Shown one piece after another: positions 20,562 to 30,103 of a DNA stretch of 64,000 bases (the first letter of the stretch is position 1; every line of letters begins with the position of its first letter). The DNA is taken from positions 20,183 through 84,182 of the forward strand of contig DASPJR010000158.1 of the NCBI GenBank assembly GCA_035628505.1, read 5' to 3'. Source of the DNA: Planctomycetota bacterium (GTDB lineage: Bacteria > Planctomycetota > SZUA-567 > H5-PLA8). The position numbers and the translations under genes were made by a program. The notes under the pieces were generated by a model. The model saw nothing but the letters and a program-made list of their open reading frames with translations, was not told the DNA's origin and searched no databases.

Positions 20562-22253
20562 TTACTTCGTGGTGGTCAGCTGCTTGCTGCCCTTGTTGGC
20601 CAGCTTCGCGCCGCCTTCGCCAGCGAAGTTGACAGCACCCGTGCCGTTCTGACCGGCGAAGAGCGTGAGCTGCAGCAAGAAGTTCGAGCTGAGGCCGGTC
20701 TTAGCCTGGGCGATGCCCGTCTTGGCCGAGCTCAGGGCGTCGGTAGTTACGCTGCCCTTGCCGTTCTTGGCACTCATCTTAACCGACAGCACCTTGTCCG
20801 GTGCCTTGGCGACCTTGCTCGAAGCAAAGCCGTTCTTGGTCGTGCCGGCGAGTGTGTCGGTGATGGCCTTGGTACCATTTCCGATGGCAACCGAGGCGCT
20901 GTTGCCGCCAATCAGCGAACCGGTCACGCGGCCGGACGGAAGAGCGATGATACCAACCTTGAAGGAGGTGCCGTCGCCGGTCTTCGCATCCTTACCCGCA
21001 ACCGAGGTGACTTGGAAGACGCCGGTCGGGGTGGTCGGCTGCTGACCGAGCTTGTAAGCCAGCTTGGAGTTCAGAGTAACCGTGTCCGTTCCCTTGAAGA
21101 AGACCGCTTTGGTCGTCGGATTGACCAGGCTGAACTCGATCGAGACATCGCCAGCGCCGAAGCCGGTCAGGGTCAGCTTGGAAGCAGTGAACTTCAGCTG
21201 GCCCTTGGTGCTGATCGAAGCCTTCGTGGCCTTGTCAGCAGTCGTACCCTTGCCCTTCGCATCGAGCGTCACGGCGTCGGAGATGAATAGGCCGCTGGCA
21301 ACGGTCGCGCTGCCGGGAATACCAACATTGGCGATTGAAGTAACCTTCAGGAAGGCCTGCAAGCCATTGAGTTCCGCGAAGGAGAACGTAGGAATCGTCG
21401 CGTTGTAGGCGATGCTGTCCTTGCCAGCCTTGCCCTGCTTGATGGTGATACCGCCGGTGGCCACTTCAGAGGAGACAACCACGTTCGAGTTGATGGCGAG
21501 CGTGAAGGTCTGGCCAGGGGTCGTGCTGCCACGGCCCAGAGCGGCCGCACCCGAGGTGTTCACAGCGTTGATCTTCAGGCTGATCGTGCCAGCCTTCGTC
21601 GGCTTGCCAGTGATGGTGCCGTCGGTGTTGAGGATGAGTCCCACATCGCGCAGAGCAGCAGCGCCAGCCGCATCGGTCGTCACGGACGCCGGGGTGCCAT
21701 TGATGAACTCAAACTGGGCGAAGTACGGGCGGAGCTGGAAGCCTTCCGGCAAGACGCTGGTCGCGAAGCGGAACGCAGTGCCGCTGACCAGGGTCAGACG
21801 GAAGACGCCCGTGTCATTGCTTCCGACGAAGTCGGTCACCTGGAAGCCGACGCCAATGTTGTTCGTGACATTGGCAGCGACCGTGAAGGTGAATGAGCCA
21901 AACAGCGCGAAGCTGGTCAGGCTGACATTGCTGAGGCCCAGAGCCGCTCCCGCGGTAACAGGATTAAGAGCAGTTCCGACGCCCGCGCCTGAGAACGTGT
22001 AGGGAGGCATGCCACCGGCGGCCGTCAGACGGCGAGTGAGGGTGCTGCCCGCAGTGATGTCACCCAAGTCGTAGATGTCGGTGCCAGGGATCAGCGGGTT
22101 GGTAAACCGCAGTGGCAAACTACCCACAGCTCGCGACGAGGCGCCCACTTCATCCGAAGATGAGTTGGTTGTCGCCAACGTATACGAGAAGCCGACCATG
22201 GCGAACAGAACGCCAAGAAGCGCTGCACGGGTGTATCCGGCTAGCTTAGACAT
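20562..22253 (-). CDS. Secreted A/G/T/S/K-rich surface (S-layer-like) protein with putative Ig domains, paralog 3
   Basis: ATG at 22253 with a GGAGGGG RBS; MSKLAG signal peptide; strongly biased codon use; own terminator. Confidence 0.8.
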   Translation of the reverse strand: MSKLAGYTRAALLGVLFAMVGFSYTLATTNSSSDEVGASSRAVGSLPLRFTNPLIPGTDIYDLGDITAGSTLTRRLTAAGGMPPYTFSGAGVGTALNPVTAGAALGLSNVSLTSFALFGSFTFTVAANVTNNIGVGFQVTDFVGSNDTGVFRLTLVSGTAFRFATSVLPEGFQLRPYFAQFEFINGTPASVTTDAAGAAALRDVGLILNTDGTITGKPTKAGTISLKINAVNTSGAAALGRGSTTPGQTFTLAINSNVVVSSEVATGGITIKQGKAGKDSIAYNATIPTFSFAELNGLQAFLKVTSIANVGIPGSATVASGLFISDAVTLDAKGKGTTADKATKASISTKGQLKFTASKLTLTGFGAGDVSIEFSLVNPTTKAVFFKGTDTVTLNSKLAYKLGQQPTTPTGVFQVTSVAGKDAKTGDGTSFKVGIIALPSGRVTGSLIGGNSASVAIGNGTKAITDTLAGTTKNGFASSKVAKAPDKVLSVKMSAKNGKGSVTTDALSSAKTGIAQAKTGLSSNFLLQLTLFAGQNGTGAVNFAGEGGAKLANKGSKQLTTTK

Positions 22254-22572
22254 TGTACTTTGTCCCCCTCCTTTGATTACTGCCCTAAACTTTTGACTTC
22301 CCCGACACTTGGGAAGCATTATCGCATGTTCAAGCGCGGACACAGATCCACGCTATAAATAGTCCTGCCAGATTCTGGAAACCAGAGCAAACTATATGCA
22401 CGATAAATTAGCCGTCAAGGCAAATTTTAACTTTTCTTAACGTCGCGAATTTATCGTCTTATTTGCTTCTGCTCCTGCATCTGGAAAAACCGGAAGACCT
22501 ATTCTTTGTGCATAAGTTGCAGCAGGCGTTTACTTCCGTTCCAGTTTTTTCCTCGGTAGGATTTGTGCAATC

Positions 22573-23694
22573 TTAGAAGTCACCCAACGTTACCGTGTAG
22601 AGCAATTCGCGGAAATCTTCGGCTTGCGGTTTTCCGATCTCTCGTACTTCTGCGCGAATAATGTAGTTCCCCGGCTCCGTTGGCAGCCAGTTCCGTTCTG
22701 CAGCACCCCACATCGAGCCGTCAGAATCTGCGATCCATTCGAAATCCGCAGCTACAACTTTTTTAACGCCGAAGCGACACTCGCTCTTCCCGAAGATGCT
22801 GTCAGGAAAACAATCGAGCGCTACTGTCGTTCCGAGCGGCGCATATTTGTCCGGGAATGCGTCAAAAGTGAGCAATACCGCATCAGCGACGACAATTGTC
22901 TCAGCGAGGGTCGCACTCGCTTCTACCTCTGTCTGACCTTTGCGTCTTACCTCCACTTTCAGTGAGTACTGTCCGGGCGCCGGGAATTGATAGCCGAGGC
23001 TGCGCTCGATTGTCCACTCCTTGCCGTCATCGGGATGTTTGACGGGCACGTCGTTCACCAGGTAACGCAATTCAAAGAAATCGAGTTCAGCCGTGATCGG
23101 ATCGGCGAGCGTAACCTCGACCGTGTACTCTTCACCTGTCAGGCAGCGGTCGTCTTCCTCGACGATAGCCTTGTCGAAGCTGGTGATGAACACTGCCACC
23201 GTTTTGATGGTCACTTCTCGCATCTGCGAGAGAATATTGGGATCCGTGCCGCGCACCTGCACCGCGAACTTGTGATCGCCGCCGCGTTCGACAACGTACT
23301 CACGGTCCTTCTGCGTACTCCATTCTTCGTTATTCTTGTCTTTGATGACGCTGCCGTTCACCGTCCAGCGGTACTGCACGGCATTGACGGCTTCTGCATC
23401 GAGCTTGATGATATCGCCAATAACGAAGGGAATGAGCGAGCCGTCACCTTCCTTGAAACCGCCGTCGACAAGGTCGCCCACGAAGCCAATCACCGCGGGG
23501 CCGTTTTTAGCTTCGATTGGCTGAGCAAATCTCTGAGCGTCTTCCGTCGTCGAAGTACCTGTGCCGCTGCCGAACTGCGTTGCTTGCAGCGTGTCGCTTG
23601 TACCTTTCTTGCGCGAGGCGCCCACGTAAATCGCGGCGCCGATCATTGCGAATCCAAGCACCCACGCCCACAAATTGTGTTTCACGTCACCCAC
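22573..23694 (-). CDS. Membrane-anchored protein with three Ig-like / Y_Y_Y-like repeats
   Basis: N-terminal TM; repeats W.....Y....GGDHKFAVQVR, W.....Y.F...GQYSLKVEVR, W.P...GNYIIRAEVR. Confidence 0.65.
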   Translation of the reverse strand: MGDVKHNLWAWVLGFAMIGAAIYVGASRKKGTSDTLQATQFGSGTGTSTTEDAQRFAQPIEAKNGPAVIGFVGDLVDGGFKEGDGSLIPFVIGDIIKLDAEAVNAVQYRWTVNGSVIKDKNNEEWSTQKDREYVVERGGDHKFAVQVRGTDPNILSQMREVTIKTVAVFITSFDKAIVEEDDRCLTGEEYTVEVTLADPITAELDFFELRYLVNDVPVKHPDDGKEWTIERSLGYQFPAPGQYSLKVEVRRKGQTEVEASATLAETIVVADAVLLTFDAFPDKYAPLGTTVALDCFPDSIFGKSECRFGVKKVVAADFEWIADSDGSMWGAAERNWLPTEPGNYIIRAEVREIGKPQAEDFRELLYTVTLGDF

Positions 23695-23831
23695 CTTCTA
23701 ATGGACCAGAAAATTGCCGCGGCCGCCTGAACCGATCTCTAGTGTTTCGAACGGGCGAACATGTTTACCCGCACCACGTCACAAAACCAGTGACGCTTTG
23801 GCAGAAGCAAACCTTTAACAAAACCTTGAAG

Positions 23832-24824
23832 TCACAGTTGCAGGGCCGCCAGCGCTTCCATCGCCGCTATGTGCTCTGCCCGGGCCGCGCGCAGGCAGGC
23901 CGATGCTTCCGTCCGCCGCGCCGAATCTTGAATCGCGTCCGGCGCATCAAACGGAAATAAGGGTGGAATCTTACTGAAACATTCGACTTCGTGGTCGAAA
24001 TGCGCTGCTGCTTTGGCGAAGGCCGCTGCGTGCGCAGCCCACTGCTCGGCTGCTGCCAGACGCCTCAGCCAGGTTGCCGCGGCCGAGCGCGCTTCGGCAT
24101 AGTATCCTGCATAATAACTGGTGCCCCAGTACGGCTGAACCTGCGCGGTTTCGACGGCCGTCGACCAGGCATTGTATGCGGCCGGGCCGGCGGCCAGATC
24201 GGCGGGCACCTCGATGGGCTTGCCGGCGCTGTCGCTCTCCTGCCCGAGGTGATGGCGCACGCCCTCCTTTATTGACTCACTCGCCGCCGCATGTTCATCG
24301 TAGTCGGCCACCGATCCCGTGGGCACGATGAAGAAGATCAGCGGCGGGTTCTGCGAGCCCACATCCTGGACGTTGATCGGCGCATCGTTCTGACCGTCCA
24401 TGAACGTGCTGACGTGGTACTCTTCAGTGTCGTTATCGAGTCCCCGGATAATCCCAAAAGCGGGGCCATGCAGACCGTAGGCAATGGCCGGCCGGCCATC
24501 TTCAAGCGCTTTCTCGCAGGCATCCATCCAGACGAATTGAAGCTCACGCAGGTCCTTGGCGGTATAGAAAAAATCACGCAGGCCCGCCATGGCATCAAAG
24601 CCCATGCGCCTGAAGATCTGCGTGCAGGTCTCATCCCACTGCCTCGGCAGAAGGCCGACAGGGTCCAGCGAGCGATGAATCTGGGTTCTAAACGCCAGGC
24701 CCGACAATCCCCAGAGCTCGTCCATGTCGCGCTGCGCGTCGATGGCTTTGAGCACGCCATGAAGCGCGCCCAGAAAGCTGTTCATACAGGGGTGAAAGCG
24801 GGCATCGACTTCGATCAGCGGCAC
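23832..24824 (-). CDS. Hypothetical protein
   Basis: 330-aa ORF with GGAG RBS and GTG start; no confidently recognised motif. Confidence 0.65.
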   Translation of the reverse strand: MPLIEVDARFHPCMNSFLGALHGVLKAIDAQRDMDELWGLSGLAFRTQIHRSLDPVGLLPRQWDETCTQIFRRMGFDAMAGLRDFFYTAKDLRELQFVWMDACEKALEDGRPAIAYGLHGPAFGIIRGLDNDTEEYHVSTFMDGQNDAPINVQDVGSQNPPLIFFIVPTGSVADYDEHAAASESIKEGVRHHLGQESDSAGKPIEVPADLAAGPAAYNAWSTAVETAQVQPYWGTSYYAGYYAEARSAAATWLRRLAAAEQWAAHAAAFAKAAAHFDHEVECFSKIPPLFPFDAPDAIQDSARRTEASACLRAARAEHIAAMEALAALQL

Positions 24825-24905
24825 AGCAATCTCCTCTAGTACAGACGGACACGTTAAGAGGCGAGGAGGTAAAAGGCAATGCGGCAGAGAATCAGCACGC
24901 GCATA

Positions 24906-25403
24906 TCACTGCCTTGCCTTCGATGCGTCTTCTCTCCGCATCAGCGCTACAACGGTGATAGTCAGGCCCGCGCCCAGGAACATGATGAATGGGTTCAGCG
25001 CGAATATGACCATCATCACGACCAGAAATACGGGAAGTGCTAGGCCAAGCGTCGCCCCCATCCACGCTCCCATCACGACCGCACGAGCGGTCGAAAGTGC
25101 CGAGCTTTCATCCTCGATCTTCATCAATACTCGGCAGCAGAACGCCCCCAGAAGTTGCGCCGGAAAAAGGGGCAGCAACCAGAAGCCGTTCACTGCGTTG
25201 TCCGGTGAGGACATTGCGTGCACGCCAAGCGCGATCGACGGCGCCAGCCCCAGCATCAGCGCATAGATGTCCGTGATCGAATAGTTGAATGCCCGCGTCG
25301 GATCGTTCTGGCGAAAATTCCGCCAGGACCTGCGTGCGATCAGAAGCAGAATCCATATGTACAGTCCGCACACAATAGCGGCGGGTACGATAAAATCAGC
25401 CAT
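24906..25403 (-). CDS. Hypothetical membrane protein (paralog of the upstream gene)
   Basis: About 5 TM segments; shared motif FNY.ITDI.A.ML.L.P. Confidence 0.7.
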   Translation of the reverse strand: MADFIVPAAIVCGLYIWILLLIARRSWRNFRQNDPTRAFNYSITDIYALMLGLAPSIALGVHAMSSPDNAVNGFWLLPLFPAQLLGAFCCRVLMKIEDESSALSTARAVVMGAWMGATLGLALPVFLVVMMVIFALNPFIMFLGAGLTITVVALMRREDASKARQ

Positions 25404-25432
25404 ACGGACTCAACTTTACCCGCAAGACGTGA

Positions 25433-25957
25433 TTAATTCAGACGTTTTGCGGACGCTCGATTCATGACGTAGTTAACCAGAATAATTCCAGTCAAGACCA
25501 GCGTTAGCGGCCAGAATGCGATCAGGATCGCCGCTGCAACAATGCACGCAAAGGGAGCGACGGCCCCCAGCAGCGCGCCGGTCAGGATTGAGATCGCCGA
25601 ATCCCACGCGCTAATTGCACCGTTATAAGGAGGCAGTTCGATGTGGATGCGGCCGACGAATAGACCAGCAATTTGCCCAGCTCCGATCAGCGCTCCCAGA
25701 AACAAGTTCTCCTCCCAGAACATCATCGGATTGGCGGCAAGCACCTCCTTTATAAGGAGCAGCGTGGGAGTCAGCGCCAGCATTGCCGCCCAGATATCGG
25801 TGATGTGGTAATTAAAGGTGCGCCCGGGGCAATTCTGCTTGTAAGCACGCCAGTAATGCCTTGCGGCGAACACAAGCACAGCAAGATAGAAGGCGGAGAA
25901 CAGAATAATGACCCACATAACTGTTATTACGGAGTGGGTTTGAAGTGGGTCTCGCAT
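25433..25957 (-). CDS. Hypothetical membrane protein (paralog of the downstream gene)
   Basis: Start moved to the ATG at 25957; about 5 TM segments; shared motif FNY.ITDI.A.ML.L.P. Confidence 0.65.
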   Translation of the reverse strand: MRDPLQTHSVITVMWVIILFSAFYLAVLVFAARHYWRAYKQNCPGRTFNYHITDIWAAMLALTPTLLLIKEVLAANPMMFWEENLFLGALIGAGQIAGLFVGRIHIELPPYNGAISAWDSAISILTGALLGAVAPFACIVAAAILIAFWPLTLVLTGIILVNYVMNRASAKRLN

Positions 25958-26076
25958 TTTTTTAAAATAAATGCAACGCACATGCGCATCCCGGCGTCCA
26001 ATAGCTGTTATCCTTGATGTGCCGATGTCTCTGAACAGGTATGCGCTGTCATCTGCGAGTAATTTGGAAACTGAGA

Positions 26077-27246
26077 ATGAAACGTACACTTTTGTCAGTC
26101 GTGCTGGTTCTGATCGCTGTAGCCTCGGTCGCTGTTGCCGGAGAACGCGGCGGCGGAGGAGGTGGTGGCGGCGGTGGCGGTGGCCGCTTCGGGGTTCTCG
26201 ACAACGTTCAAATGGAATGGCACTCGTCGGTTGGGGCGGCCAAATCCTGGGCGCAGCGCGAGAACGGTCCAGTGATGCTTGTCGTTCACAGCGGCACGCC
26301 CGAAGAAGGCAAGGTCATCGATAAGATGGCGTCCTGGCCGCAGTCGATCGAGCTGAGCCGCTCTAAAATGGCTGCTGTGAAACTGAAGAATACTGACCGC
26401 GAAGCAGCCGAAGCGATGAGCATGCTCAAGCTCAAGCCGCCGGCGATTGCTTTCCTCGACAAGAACGGCAATCCGCTCGTCGGCATGCCCATTCCCGAAC
26501 AGGTGACGGCAATCGCGCAGGTCGTCAACGGCTGGAAAACAGTCGCTGGAAATATCGACGCCTTCTTCAAGGACCACCAGCAGCGCGGCGAGCGCTACCT
26601 TTCATCGGGCAAGCTGAAGAACGCCTACCTTGAATTCTCTTTTGGCGCGCCATTCAAAGGACCGGAAGCTGAAAAAATGCGTGCCGGGCAGCAGAAAATC
26701 GAAGCACAGTGGCTCAAGCTGCTGGAGATCGGCAGCAAGCTCCCGGGTATCGCCAAGGAAGCCGTCTTCAAGGGCCTGCGTCGCGACACGTTGGGCACCA
26801 CCTACGCCGCCACGATGGAGAAGTACATTAACGATCCGTCTTCCGCTGTCGCCGGTAGTGCTCCGGCTGTTGCCGCGGCGCCAAACACCAAATCGCTTGC
26901 GGAAGTAGCGCGTTCGTCCGGCGGCGGAATGGTCTCCGCATCGCGCGATGATGTCGAAGACACCGGCATGGACACCGGAATTCTCGCGCGCAGCGACAAC
27001 CCGAAACTCAAGCAGGCCGAAGCTCTCTTGAAAGAGGGTCTGGTCGACTACAAGAAAGCCACGGCCGAAAGCGCGGACCGCGGACCCGAGCGCAACAAGC
27101 TTCTGCAGAACGCGCGCACCAAGTTCGAGCAGACGCTAACGCTGTGCGAAGAAGCGCAGAAAACGAAGGCAGATCCGGGCATCGAGAAGCTGATGGAGAA
27201 GACATCGATGCTGATGTACGGGGCGCTGAAATACCAGAGTCTCTAA
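26077..27246 (+). CDS. Secreted protein with poly-Gly linker, possible thioredoxin-like domain and helical C-terminus
   Basis: Signal peptide MKRTLLSVVLVLIAVASVAVA, a run of 11 Gly, P.IAFLD.NG; no CxxC. Confidence 0.65.
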   Translation: MKRTLLSVVLVLIAVASVAVAGERGGGGGGGGGGGGRFGVLDNVQMEWHSSVGAAKSWAQRENGPVMLVVHSGTPEEGKVIDKMASWPQSIELSRSKMAAVKLKNTDREAAEAMSMLKLKPPAIAFLDKNGNPLVGMPIPEQVTAIAQVVNGWKTVAGNIDAFFKDHQQRGERYLSSGKLKNAYLEFSFGAPFKGPEAEKMRAGQQKIEAQWLKLLEIGSKLPGIAKEAVFKGLRRDTLGTTYAATMEKYINDPSSAVAGSAPAVAAAPNTKSLAEVARSSGGGMVSASRDDVEDTGMDTGILARSDNPKLKQAEALLKEGLVDYKKATAESADRGPERNKLLQNARTKFEQTLTLCEEAQKTKADPGIEKLMEKTSMLMYGALKYQSL

Positions 27247-27349
27247 TCTCCGAAAAAAATCTGCGGTTCGCCGGTAAAATGCGAACTATTGTCTAGGCAA
27301 CGTTCTGTTGGCTATGCTATTTTCGCCCTCGCTAATTCGAGGTGCGAAA

Positions 27350-29104
27350 ATGCACGACATCGGACTCATTCTTACAATAACGCTGGGGCTCGCTGCCGCT
27401 CTGGTGCTGGGCTACACGGCGCAGCGAATCGGCTTATCGCCAATCGTCGGCTACCTGCTGGCGGGCATTGCCGTGGGACCCCACACGCCAGGGTTCGTGG
27501 CCGACTCGAAAATGGCCGCGCAACTGGCGGAAATCGGCGTCATCCTGCTGATGTTCGGTGTCGGCCTGCATTTTCATCTCAAGGATCTGCTCGCAGTCAA
27601 AGCGATCGCTATTCCTGGCGCGGTAGGACAGAGCGTCGTTGCAACGGGTCTGGGTTGCGTCGTCGCCGTGCTCTTTGATTGGTCGCTTTCGGCGGGAGTA
27701 GTACTGGGAATCGCCATCTCGGTCGCCAGCACGGTGGTTCTCATCCGCGTGCTGATGGACAACGATGCGCTTTCGACGCATCAGGGACACATCGCCGTTG
27801 GCTGGCTGATCGTCGAAGACATTTTCACCGTCATCGTGCTCGTGCTGCTTCCGGCCGTCGCCGCGTCATTGTCAGGGCGGAGCGAAACAGGACTATTCAC
27901 GTCTCTGCTGAGCGCTCTGCTCAAGCTGATCATTCTGACGGCGCTGGTTCTGCTCGCCGGAGCGCGTGTGATTCCCTGGCTGATGGCGCACGTTGCCCGT
28001 ACACGCTCGCGGGAGCTTTTCACGCTGGCGGTGCTGGTCGTGGCGCTGGGCATTGCAACGGGATCGGCCGTTTTCTTCGGCGCGTCGATGGCGCTCGGCG
28101 CTTTTCTAGCAGGAATGGTCGTGGGCCAGTCCGAGGTGAGCCACCAGGCCGCTGCGGACGCGCTGCCCATGCGCGATGCATTCGCCGTGCTCTTTTTTGT
28201 TTCAGTAGGAATGCTCTTTGACCCCAGCTTCCTGATTGCGCAGCCGCTGCTGGTGCTTGCGGTGCTGGCTGTAATCATGATTGGTAAGCCACTGGCCGCG
28301 ATGGTTATTGTGTGGGCGTTCGGATATCCGTTGCGCGTGAGCCTGACGATCGCGCTGGCTCTGGCGCAGATCGGCGAGTTCTCCTTCATCCTCGCTGACG
28401 CGGCGCGCGAGATTCTTCCTCAGCAGGGCCGCAGTGTTCTTGTCGCGGCCGCTCTGCTGTCGATTACGGCAAATCCCATTCTGTTCCGGAGCATGGGCAG
28501 CATCGAACGGGCAGTGCACAAATCACCGCGTCTCTGGCGTTTCCTGAATCGCCGCGACGAAGGCTTGCCCTCAGCGGGGATGGCCGCCACCGAACCGGAG
28601 ACCCGCGTTCCCGGTGGCCGGCTCAGCGCAGTGGTGGTCGGTTACGGGCCGGTCGGAAAAACGCTGACACGCATTCTTAACGACTTCGGCGTTCACCCAA
28701 CCATCGTCGATCTGAACATCGACACCGTCCACAAGCTGACTGAGGAAGGAAACGCCGCCATCTATGGTGATGCAGGGCGGCGCGACATCCTCCAGGCAGC
28801 GGGTATCGAAGAAGCCACCTACCTCATCGTGACACTGCCGGACCTGACGGCGCGCTTCCCAGTGATCGCGACGGCTCGCATGCTTAATCCAAGACTGAAG
28901 ATTATCGTGCGCGCTCGCTATCTGGGCGAGCGAGCGATGCTCGAAGAGTCCGGCGCCACGGCCGTGGCCTACGAGGAAGCGGAGGTGGCGGTCAAACTCG
29001 CCGAATACCTGCTGCGCGAAACGGGCGCTTCCAAAGCGCAGCTCGAAAGCGAAGCGGCGCGCGTGCGTGAAGAATTATCGCTGCGGCCCGAGCGAACGGC
29101 GTAA
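27350..29104 (+). CDS. CPA2 cation:proton antiporter with TrkA_N (KTN) domain, YbaL/KefC-like
   Basis: AEIGVILLMFGVGLHF, FFVSVGMLFDP, QIGEFSFI, VVVGYGPVG and YGDA motifs. Confidence 0.92.
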   Translation: MHDIGLILTITLGLAAALVLGYTAQRIGLSPIVGYLLAGIAVGPHTPGFVADSKMAAQLAEIGVILLMFGVGLHFHLKDLLAVKAIAIPGAVGQSVVATGLGCVVAVLFDWSLSAGVVLGIAISVASTVVLIRVLMDNDALSTHQGHIAVGWLIVEDIFTVIVLVLLPAVAASLSGRSETGLFTSLLSALLKLIILTALVLLAGARVIPWLMAHVARTRSRELFTLAVLVVALGIATGSAVFFGASMALGAFLAGMVVGQSEVSHQAAADALPMRDAFAVLFFVSVGMLFDPSFLIAQPLLVLAVLAVIMIGKPLAAMVIVWAFGYPLRVSLTIALALAQIGEFSFILADAAREILPQQGRSVLVAAALLSITANPILFRSMGSIERAVHKSPRLWRFLNRRDEGLPSAGMAATEPETRVPGGRLSAVVVGYGPVGKTLTRILNDFGVHPTIVDLNIDTVHKLTEEGNAAIYGDAGRRDILQAAGIEEATYLIVTLPDLTARFPVIATARMLNPRLKIIVRARYLGERAMLEESGATAVAYEEAEVAVKLAEYLLRETGASKAQLESEAARVREELSLRPERTA

Positions 29105-29207
29105 CTGTGCGTCATCGACTTCAACAGGGAGGCGCGTAGAGCGCGGAGACCCTTGAGCAAACAGCGCAAGCGATCGCACCGATTGCTGTTCATGGATCAT
29201 GCATCGA

Positions 29208-29990
29208 TTACTTTCCGGCCGCGGCAATCTCCTTGCGTTTGCCGCTGATGATATCAATGATGATGGCGCGTACATCGTCGTAACCGGGTTCGTCCTTAAA
29301 GAACGCATACGTCTTGTGCGTCTTTCCGCCATCGAAGTAACCGTCGAGATGAAATCGGCGCTCGCCGGCCTTGAGCGCGCCTTGCTCGCGTGCGATGGCG
29401 TTGATCATGTCGTACGAGCCCAGCGTGATGCGCGACTTTTCAGTCGCACCGTCGGCATCCAGAATCTGGAAGAGATAGCGCACCGCAAACTCACCGCCTA
29501 ATTCGAAGAACTCGTACGCCCGCACGCTTGTGCCGTTCACTTCAAACTGCTCCAGGCAATACGACGGTTTCTTTTTGAACTCGGCATCTTCGGTGCTCTG
29601 GTGAAGCTGTATCAGAGATGCGCGTTCACGGTCGCGCGCGGCTTTTTGCCCAGCCGCCTGCCAGGTCTGCACCAGCTTTGCCCGGACCTGGTGATCGTCA
29701 GGCCGCAGCACCTTCAACGTTACCCACATCTTGCTGGCCGTCGCGAAGTCGCCCTTGAGATAAGCGGCCAGTCCGGCGTTGTAGAGCACCCGCGTGTCCT
29801 GCGGCTGCAATGCCAGCGCCTCCTTATATTTGGCCAGCGCATCGGCGTAGCGCGACTGCGCCATCAGCGCGTCACCGGCATCCATTAGTTTGGTCGTTTC
29901 GCCGCTCTCCCCTGCCCAGCAGAGACTGCTGCTCATCGAGATGAAGGAAACCAGCAACAGGGCAATCGAGGGTACTCGCGCGCTTTTCAT
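29208..29990 (-). CDS. Secreted tetratricopeptide repeat protein
   Basis: Signal peptide after the ATG at 29990; TPR-like AGDALMAQSRYADALAKYKEAL.L.P.D...LYNAGLA. Confidence 0.75.
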   Translation of the reverse strand: MKSARVPSIALLLVSFISMSSSLCWAGESGETTKLMDAGDALMAQSRYADALAKYKEALALQPQDTRVLYNAGLAAYLKGDFATASKMWVTLKVLRPDDHQVRAKLVQTWQAAGQKAARDRERASLIQLHQSTEDAEFKKKPSYCLEQFEVNGTSVRAYEFFELGGEFAVRYLFQILDADGATEKSRITLGSYDMINAIAREQGALKAGERRFHLDGYFDGGKTHKTYAFFKDEPGYDDVRAIIIDIISGKRKEIAAAGK

Positions 29991-30103
29991 GTGGGCTCTC
30001 CGGAGCAAAAGGATTGCCGCCGGCGGTAAAAGGTCAATGAGTAAAAAAGGGATTGTTTTAAAACTGCATTGATTGCCTCGCCGGACTGCTTCAGAATTCC
30101 TGC

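Noticed and set aside
20289-21290. 333-aa plus-strand ORF
   Set aside because: Antisense shadow of the codon-biased paralog 3.
15914-23694. Prophage
   Set aside because: Only one phage-like domain is present, inside a signal-peptide protein; there is no integrase, terminase, capsid or att site.
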